This document shows positions 56,577-64,000 of a stretch of 64,000 nt of DNA, piece by piece. The DNA is from Ascidiella aspersa. Lineage: Eukaryota. Each line of letters opens with the position of its first letter. The stretch's first letter is position 1. The stretch is from assembly GCA_963924565.1 (NCBI GenBank), contig OZ004610.1, positions 12,772,001 to 12,836,000 on the forward strand, given 5' to 3'. A program made the position numbers and the translations under genes. The notes below the pieces were generated by a model. It did not search any database. It was not told where the DNA came from and worked only from the letters and a program-made list of their open reading frames with translations.

Positions 56577-56954
56577 GACTAAGACATACTAAAAACATTT
56601 TGCGCAAGGCAACAAAATTGCATTTCCATTGTATAATTGGCTAAAATTTTAGTTCGTTGGTGGCCATGGCTATACAGCATCAGCAAAGATAACGTACAAC
56701 TCATTGAATAAATAGTTATTGTGGTGCTTAACTGTGTGAAAAGCATGAGGCTCGTCAGCAGTAACGTGTATCGTCTTCCTGTTGTGGCAAAATATTTCGT
56801 CAACTTAGCTGACCCTGAACCAGCTTTTACTGCTTTGCAATGGTTTTCAAAACTAAGATGTTATCATAGGCGTAGCCAGGGGGGGCACAGGGACCATGCT
56901 AAAATTTATAAATATTGTACTCTTAATAATTTGTTATGTAGCATTTATCTATGA

Positions 56955-58758
56955 CAGTGGTTCTCAAACTTTTTCTAAAAAAATACGCAACGGTTCCCTA
57001 GCAATTTTTTCCATTGCTCGCGGTCCCCTTAAAAATACACACAAATAAACATAAAATAACACGTTTCACTTGCCGCCACCCCTGGAATTTCAAAATGCGA
57101 TTATTAGTATTATTGATAAGTGTAATATATATTACGTATAACGGTTAAAAATATTGTACATTATCCATTGCCCCCAGTGGCGTATCCAGGGGGCGGGAGT
57201 TCTTACCCCCTTTTTGTAAGTGATATTATCGTTTTTTGTTCGTTTTGGTCATGGTTTAACAAACTGTTCGAAGCGGCGTACTTTTTAAGTAATTGGGTCA
57301 CGCGTCTTAATTTAATGCGAAACCAAAATCGAGTGCAAAACGCCGTTTTTCGTCTTTCGTTTGGTCGACCGTAAACGCTGGATAGTTTTTCTCTTTCGTT
57401 ATTTTTTTAGGTTTAGGTTGACTGATTAGCAAGTGTGTATTCGACAAATGACAACGCTAAGTCAAACCTTCTTTCTTTTTTTCTCGCTGAAAACGTCGAG
57501 TTATACGGAGTATGTTCCTCGCTGTTCGGTCTCTGTGCTAATATCCGATGTTGGTGTAACATCGCCATTTGTTTAACTGAAACAGATTTTTAAAAGGAGG
57601 TACAATGGTGACTGTCGTGCACGTTTTAATGTCTCCATTTTTAAGTAATGATGATTAACGCAAAATTTTGCTCTTTAAGCATACTCTAAGACCACGTGCT
57701 ATAAGTGTGCAATGGACACAACTTATTTCCCCTCAACCGCAGCTTGTAATTTAGCTGACTTGGCACACAGCTCGGCACAGATGTTGCGCTAATCGCGGCA
57801 TAATAACACCCGGAAAAAACAATCTCCGTTTAGTATTGCAGGTGGTGAACTTGTAATTTAGCGCTCGTTCCGTTCATGGAGCTTGAAATCTGCGCTGCTG
57901 ATAGTCGAATTTTGTGTGATTCTACTACGATTAATCACACATATTTCACGGCCTTGGTTTGTTTTTTTGCCTAAAGTTAACGATTGCACAGTGTGATTTC
58001 GCAGCTGGCGCCTGACAGGATTGTCGACGACGCACGTGGTCGCTTTTGCTGGACGTATTTGGCTGTTTCTGATTAGTATTTTTTTATCACGTCTTGCAAT
58101 CACCATTCTATGACGTTATAGTGTCACTGTTTTATGACGTCATTATTCATTAACGTCATACGGAAAATAGGGGAAAATTCAGGACCCCTCTTTTTGATTT
58201 TCTGGTTACGCCCCTGGTTGCCTCCCCCCTGGAAAATTTTCTGCGGGCGCCCCTGGTTGTAGTACAATACACGAATGCAAGTTCTCATTAAGCATTAAAC
58301 AAAACGGCAATTTCCTTGGTATTCTCATTTGGTCCGCAACAGACTTCTTGTTGCTCTATTTTTCTACTGCTTTATAATTTTTTTCAGCGAACATACGCTC
58401 TTATCGTTTCAGACATGTTCTAAATTTTGCAATATCGACCAAGATATAAGGCCTTCAGCTACTAGTCCAGCTCCAATCGTCCATGTGTCCCAAATAGAGC
58501 GCTGTATTGTCGTTTTTGACGTAACAATGAAATTATTACCCGCAACGCAACAAACAATTTAAAAAAAATCCGGACATTTAAGCATATTTTGGCATTTCCC
58601 CCCAGACACAGTTTGAACACTAAACTTCCGGACATGTCCGGGGAAATCCGGACGTATGGCAACCCTAGTCTAGTTGATTTTTGTTAGGTGCTTCGCGGTC
58701 CCAGAAAATTGTCTCGCGGACCCCAAAAGGACCGCGGACCCCAGTTTGAGAACCACTA
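56955..58758. mobile_element. Charlie-like element hosting further insertions (composite nest)
   Basis: CAGTGGTTCTCAAACT at 56955 and AGTTTGAGAACCACT near 58757, with GCGGTCCC/GGACCGC subterminal repeats at both ends. No clear TSD, so pairing of the two ends is inferred. Confidence 0.55.
57175..58216. mobile_element. hAT-like element nested in the 56.9-58.8 kb cluster
   Basis: TIRs CAGTGGCGTATCCAG and CTGGTTACGCCCCTG. TSD attgcccc/gttgcctc (6/8). TGACGTCA-like motifs near the right end. Confidence 0.7.
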
Positions 58759-59228
58759 AACACTCTTCTTTCAACTCATTTTTGCCATTTTTGAAGCATA
58801 AATAACTTACAATTTCTCTTTGCCAATTTCTGCAGTAAAACAATAACGTAAATATTAGATTTAGATTTTAACACACTCGACTTGAACCTTTAAAATAGAT
58901 AATGTTTATTTTAGCAAATAGCAATTAGTCTAATAAACAGCCATTTTGTCAGGTAAAATTTTGTGTGTTTGCCAAACAATTAGTTTCGGACACCTCTTAC
59001 TCAACGCAAGTATGTTTTAACAGTTGGCGAAGCCGTTGGTCTAATTGGTTTTATCTGCAGTTTCATATTTGGTAAAAAACTATACAATTTGCCATTATTT
59101 AACCTGCAGTTTAAAAATGAATAAATATACTATTTTTCTAAAGCGAAAACAAAACGGTCGCGGGTGACGTAGCAATGAATAGCATTCAACGGACAAGTTA
59201 TTTCCTGTGAATAAATCTATTACTAAAA

Positions 59229-60539
59229 CAGTGGTTCTTATACTTTTTGTCACCGCACCCCCTTTGGTTATTGTCCTGTGCCTTGCGTCCCCCTTAGATA
59301 TTAAAAAAATATTCATACTAAAACAAATTCGGTATTTTTCGATTACATATCAATGAGCAGCATGGGAATAGAAAAGTTATTCCTTTGTCGCGCGCAATGC
59401 GAAAAAAATTGCGTTTATTTGGTTTGTATTAGGTAAATTTTATCTGGGAGGCACACAAAAAAATTTACTCGTGCTCCATATATTGGCTTACATCAAGCTT
59501 TTTTTGACGTAAACCAATTAAACATTGCGTTAATCGTGTTTCAAAAGGTGTGATGACACACAATGCAAAGGCTTTATGCTGCAAATAACATTACAAATTG
59601 GCTAGGGTTCCTCTTTTTCCCGATTTTTTCACTCCCGGGAAACGGGATTGAAAAATAAAAATTCCCGGGAATCCCGGGAATCTTGGCGTAATTTTCGTGT
59701 CCTAATTACGTCATTATGATGTTTAAAATTACTTTATATTAGCTTTAAACATTTAATTAAGCTCATTTATATTCTGTAGTATTGCTTCTGCAATCTTACA
59801 AGACCTTTTCGTATTAAAAGCTGGACCCTTATTTGCTTTTATTTAGAAAACACGCGCATGCAGGGCGCATTTTTATCGGAAAAATAAATTTAATTAGGAT
59901 AATCCCGGACATATAAGCGGATTTTGTAATTTCTTCCTGGCGCAGATTTCAACACTAAATTCCCTGACATGTTAGGGAAAGTCCTGACGTATGGCAACCA
60001 GAAGACCATGACAGGTGTGCCGCGACGTTCTCGGAGGTTTCGGAGTATAAATAAACAGCTATTATTTTCAGACTGCACACCAAAGTGGAAAGGGAGATTA
60101 AACGTATTATTAACATTTCGTGTTTAGTGAAATTAATCTTGTGTGCTGCTCCGAACAAAAAATTATGCAAAAAAGTATACTCAGCACAATTGGCAGGTCA
60201 GTTTTCGAATATGCTAGTAAAAGAATTACAAGGGTGTGAAACTTACAAAAGCAACAAAATAAGCAGCCAAATACGCAGTAATTTCGGTCTTTAGCTAATC
60301 TCTCTTTGGTTGTCTTATTTTCGGAAAGACCGTAAAATTGAAAAATCAAAATATAAAATAATGTAAAACATCAAATTTACGGCGCCTTCAGCGCGTTAAT
60401 CATAATTAAAAACTTTTTCTCCGGACAGCCGAGGATATTTGCGTTTTTGTCTTTTGTCGATAAAATCATTAGTTTCGTAGGTGTGCAGACGTTTTTTAGC
60501 TCTGGTGTGCCGCAAGTGAAAAAAGGTTGCGGAGCACTG
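59229..60539. mobile_element. Cluster of hAT MITE fragments
   Basis: TIR-like ends: CAGTGGTTCTTATACT (59229), TAGGGTT followed by CCCGGGAA repeats (about 59603-59682), TATGGCAACC (about 59990) and AGGTTGCGGAGCACTG (ends 60539). No TSDs resolved. Confidence 0.55.
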
Positions 60540-63216
60540 GGCTGTACGTATGTATGCATGTTTCATTAATCTAAAACTACGAGGCTCGTAATTTCGTCGA
60601 TGTGACAACTTTGTCTTCATGTAGAAGGTTGCTCAACCTATAAATAAGAAGCGAACGGACCTACCCGATTAAGCTTACCATATTTTTACCTTGTCATACT
60701 TATTGCAATTACATAAAAATAACAATGCAGATATAAGCCGCTGCCACAATAAAGACGTTTTTTTTCTAGTTTCAGTTGTAGTTTATTGCTTTTCCACGAA
60801 AGCAAAATCTTCGTAGGCCTACTGAACGCATCTGTGGTTAAGCTATTTCTTCGGTCTTTGATCGAAGTTGTTGGCAAATAACTTGAAATTTCCGAATTCG
60901 TTGTGTGTTGTTAACCGGAGGATGTTAAAAGCGATATAGTTTTTAAACTTAACGGGTTTAGAGTTAAAATGGACAAGGATAAATAAATGTCGATTGTATT
61001 TCTTCCAACGAACTGCCAAGTCGCATCATTTACGTAAACTGTAGTAGACAAGTAACAAACTGCGCATTTCAGCTGCCAACAATTTTATTAATAAAGTATA
61101 TATAGAATATGTCACATTTCCTGATGATGATGGGCGAGGACAGCAGAACGCGCAGGTTGAAAGCACAAACAGTATTTCACACGTGATATTGCGTGTGGCG
61201 TACTAAGGGGAAAGGGTGTAAAGCGAATTTTTACTCACGTGCAATCAAAATATATTCGCTCGAGATATTGGAAGTTAGAACACTGGGCAACAAAAAAGGT
61301 TTAGAATGACACGTTGTCAACCGATTTGGAATCGCTAAATAACAAAAAAGGGCAACTTACAAGTCTCGACGGAAAGATTACCTTTGTTCTATTTGCTGCC
61401 TTATAGTTCATTTTTAGTTAGCCACGCACTGCTTTCGTACCAAGGCAAACACGGCGAAAAATACGGTGGTGGGTATAAACGAACACTCGGGTATGTTAGA
61501 CGGTGCTGAGAGGTCCGGTTCAGCTCAAAGCTTCCGTATTTGCACATGTGTGCAACAAGTTGGGAACGATTTTTTATAATACTGCAGCGTAGGGACAGTC
61601 ACGATTTTCGTGTGAGGCGGAAAATAGAAAACGTTGACTAGTTGGAGAAGCAAATGCAAGATGGCGTTAACACTGCTTGGAGAAGTGTTTCTGAATTGAC
61701 GAGTTCGTTAAGTAAGGAGCCGACAGCAAAAAAAAATCGGAAAAATACTTTTGGGTGGCAGAATCATCACTACATAGCTTTTAAAGCAAACGGAGAATGA
61801 ATTCTCATGTACTTGATCGACTTATTACCGACCAGGGCTGATGAAAGGCTGTACACTTCCACAAACAGAATTCGAAACCCTGCGTTTTGCAACCGCTTTA
61901 CTGCATTAAGAGGGTTTAAATTGTTTGCTTATCCCTAAAACATTAATTTAAAAACACAATAAAATCGATTACATTTCTCATCTTTTTTATTGACCTCCGG
62001 TCACCCCATTCAAGACCTGACACCTTGATAGTTTTGTCATTCGGTTCCGCCTTACATTGCGGTTACGTTTACAATTCATTTACGAAACAAAATAATTGGA
62101 ATAAAATTACTTTCGAAATCTTCATAGGCAAAGCCTGATTATTTTAAATAGGCGTTGTGCAACCAATGGTACAAAACGTGCATGTCTTAAATAGGTCGAA
62201 ATAATTGGCAATTTTGAAATAATTCGCAATTTACAGCCGTGTAGGTATTAGTCAATGTATGGAGTTACTTACATTTTTGTTTGTCTTATATGGAAAGAGT
62301 AGGATACTTTGTTGTCGGGTATCCGAAGCTCTTACTTTTACATTGCGTCGCACATAGGCCTAAGAAGTCACGAGGGATATTTTAAACCAAGCCTAAAATT
62401 AACCTTGTAACCGTAAGGAGAAAAACACCTTTTGAACACGTGGCGCAGGTGGATTGCGACATAAAAATCACATGCGTAGATATGGTGCCAGGTGGGTGGA
62501 GAATATCGATTAGTACAACGTCGAGAAGAACGACTATCGGCAAAAGGTAAAAAGAGATTTTGAAAGAGGGCCGGACATGTTCGCGAATCAATACGCCGCA
62601 AAGCAATCGACAGGGGAAATCGCTTAAAGGCTTCCTTTCTCACACACGAAGAAATATACATTGGATTGCACGTGGGGCGCGTGTATAGCGAGCCGAGGCT
62701 GGCAAGAAAGTTACGTAATACGTTCGGTCAGTCGACCGTGGCTCGGCACATCGGGGAAGCGCTTAATGGGCGACTCGATTCAATAAATAGGATTGCTCTT
62801 TCAACTTTACGAGAACGGCCGACGCGAAAGGCTGCAGAATTCGAAAGCGCTGCTTAAAGTAACAATTCGAGTAACTAGGTTCAATTAGGATCGCTATTAG
62901 GCGTAATCGATTTTTCGCTGGGCGGCGACGTCAAATGTTGACACACAGCCGTGACGTCATATATCGATAGGCATACCACATCGTATATCGATTCAACAGC
63001 GCTATACGGCCGAAAGAGCATTTGTTAATACGGCGGTTCGAGTTTAACTGGTGACATCATACCCATGGGCTGGTAACGCGGTTTTAACTGGCCTCTTTTC
63101 GTCATAGTCGCTGGATTTTGCGATAACACTGTCATTTCACGACATGCACAGTAGCCGTAACTGCAAAGGCGAAGATCCAGCTCCCTCTCCGAGATATAAG
63201 TCCACCACAGAAGCGG

Positions 63217-63729
63217 TCATTTCGCGATCAGGCTCTCCGTCTCCAATTTATTGGGGTGCAAAGACGGTGGCCCGGTGGCGCGTCGCTGCTGGCAGGTGCC
63301 GACCGGCGGTTCGCCAACACCAAGAGCTGGCTCGAACTCGTGATGCTCGAACCTTCCCACAATCGAGGATACGTGACCGGCGGCGGGCAGGCGTTCGTAC
63401 TTGGGCATGCCAACCATGAGCTGGCGGGCGGCCGGGGTGCTGCGGGGCCGCGTCCGGGACCTGGCCGGTGATGACGCGCTTTGTTTTGTAGTTTGGACCT
63501 CGCCGATCAACGTGACGTCAGCGGGCTTCTGAAGCGTGACGGAGGCCAGCGATTGGTGGAGCGTTGTGTCGTAATGCACAGTGGTGCGCATCGTGGCCTC
63601 GTAGCCACTGTCGGTGGGCGAAGGGGCTTGCTGCTGATGTTGTAGGTCGTTGTAGCGGAGTAGGTCTTGTTCTAGAGCCTGCGCTTGGCGGTCGGTCTCG
63701 CGTAGTGCGTCTTCTAGTTCTTTGCTCGC
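63217..63729 (-). CDS. Terminal coding exon of an unidentified protein (coiled coil, then a disordered tail); the rest of the gene lies beyond the window
   Basis: Acceptor cccttactcttaccgcag followed by 170 GC-rich open codons: ASKELEDALRETDRQAQALEQDLLRYNDLQ...PTDSGYEAT...ETESLIAK*. Confidence 0.75.
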   Translation of the reverse strand, partial: ASKELEDALRETDRQAQALEQDLLRYNDLQHQQQAPSPTDSGYEATMRTTVHYDTTLHQSLASVTLQKPADVTLIGEVQTTKQSASSPARSRTRPRSTPAARQLMVGMPKYERLPAAGHVSSIVGRFEHHEFEPALGVGEPPVGTCQQRRATGPPSLHPNKLETESLIAK

Positions 63730-64000
63730 CTGCGGTAAGAGTAAGGGACTTGGTATGACGCGGCGCATGAGTACGGCAATCAATTACAAAAAAAAGTTGG
63801 CTAGATCGACAAAATAATTTTAAAGGTTAAGCACTACCCGAATGACACTATTCAAAAAATTACCTCTTAGGAATTAGATTTTTTTAAGTGCGGGAAACCC
63901 AGTATTTTGAAACAAGTGTCTTACTTCCAATATAAGTGTTATCTTTAAGATTAAAAAACATAAAATTTAAAGACGCGCACTCGTTATCGAAGCCCTTAAT

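Overview
This is intron-rich animal genomic DNA, AT-rich with no obvious CpG depletion. An invertebrate chordate such as an ascidian is plausible, but I cannot prove it. Five protein-coding genes lie on the minus strand, and I assembled their exons by hand from splice sites and reading phase. (1, 2) Two tandem 7-exon trypsin-like serine protease paralogues (3540-6429, 311 aa; 8211-11815, 428 aa). Their pro-regions carry a Ser-Gly GAG-attachment-like motif and a mucin-like stalk, respectively. (3) A chondroitin synthase-family gene with 12 coding exons (15773-46229, about 793 aa). (4) A 5-exon secreted protein with three LDLa modules and a very basic Cys-containing tail (52420-54525, 280 aa). 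(5) The last exon of an unidentified coiled-coil protein (63217-63729). Non-coding DNA is full of hAT-superfamily MITEs and deleted elements with 8-bp target-site duplications (TSDs), several of them nested, plus one tRNA-derived element. The strongest lead is gene 3. Its N-terminal GT31 (GlcA-transferase) domain is CHSY1/3-like with intact motifs. Its middle and C-terminal parts are CHPF-like and lack the DxD and GWGxED motifs of the GalNAc-transferase domain, so it looks like a half-active CHSY/CHPF mosaic. Comparisons with human proteins are from memory; no alignment or search was run.
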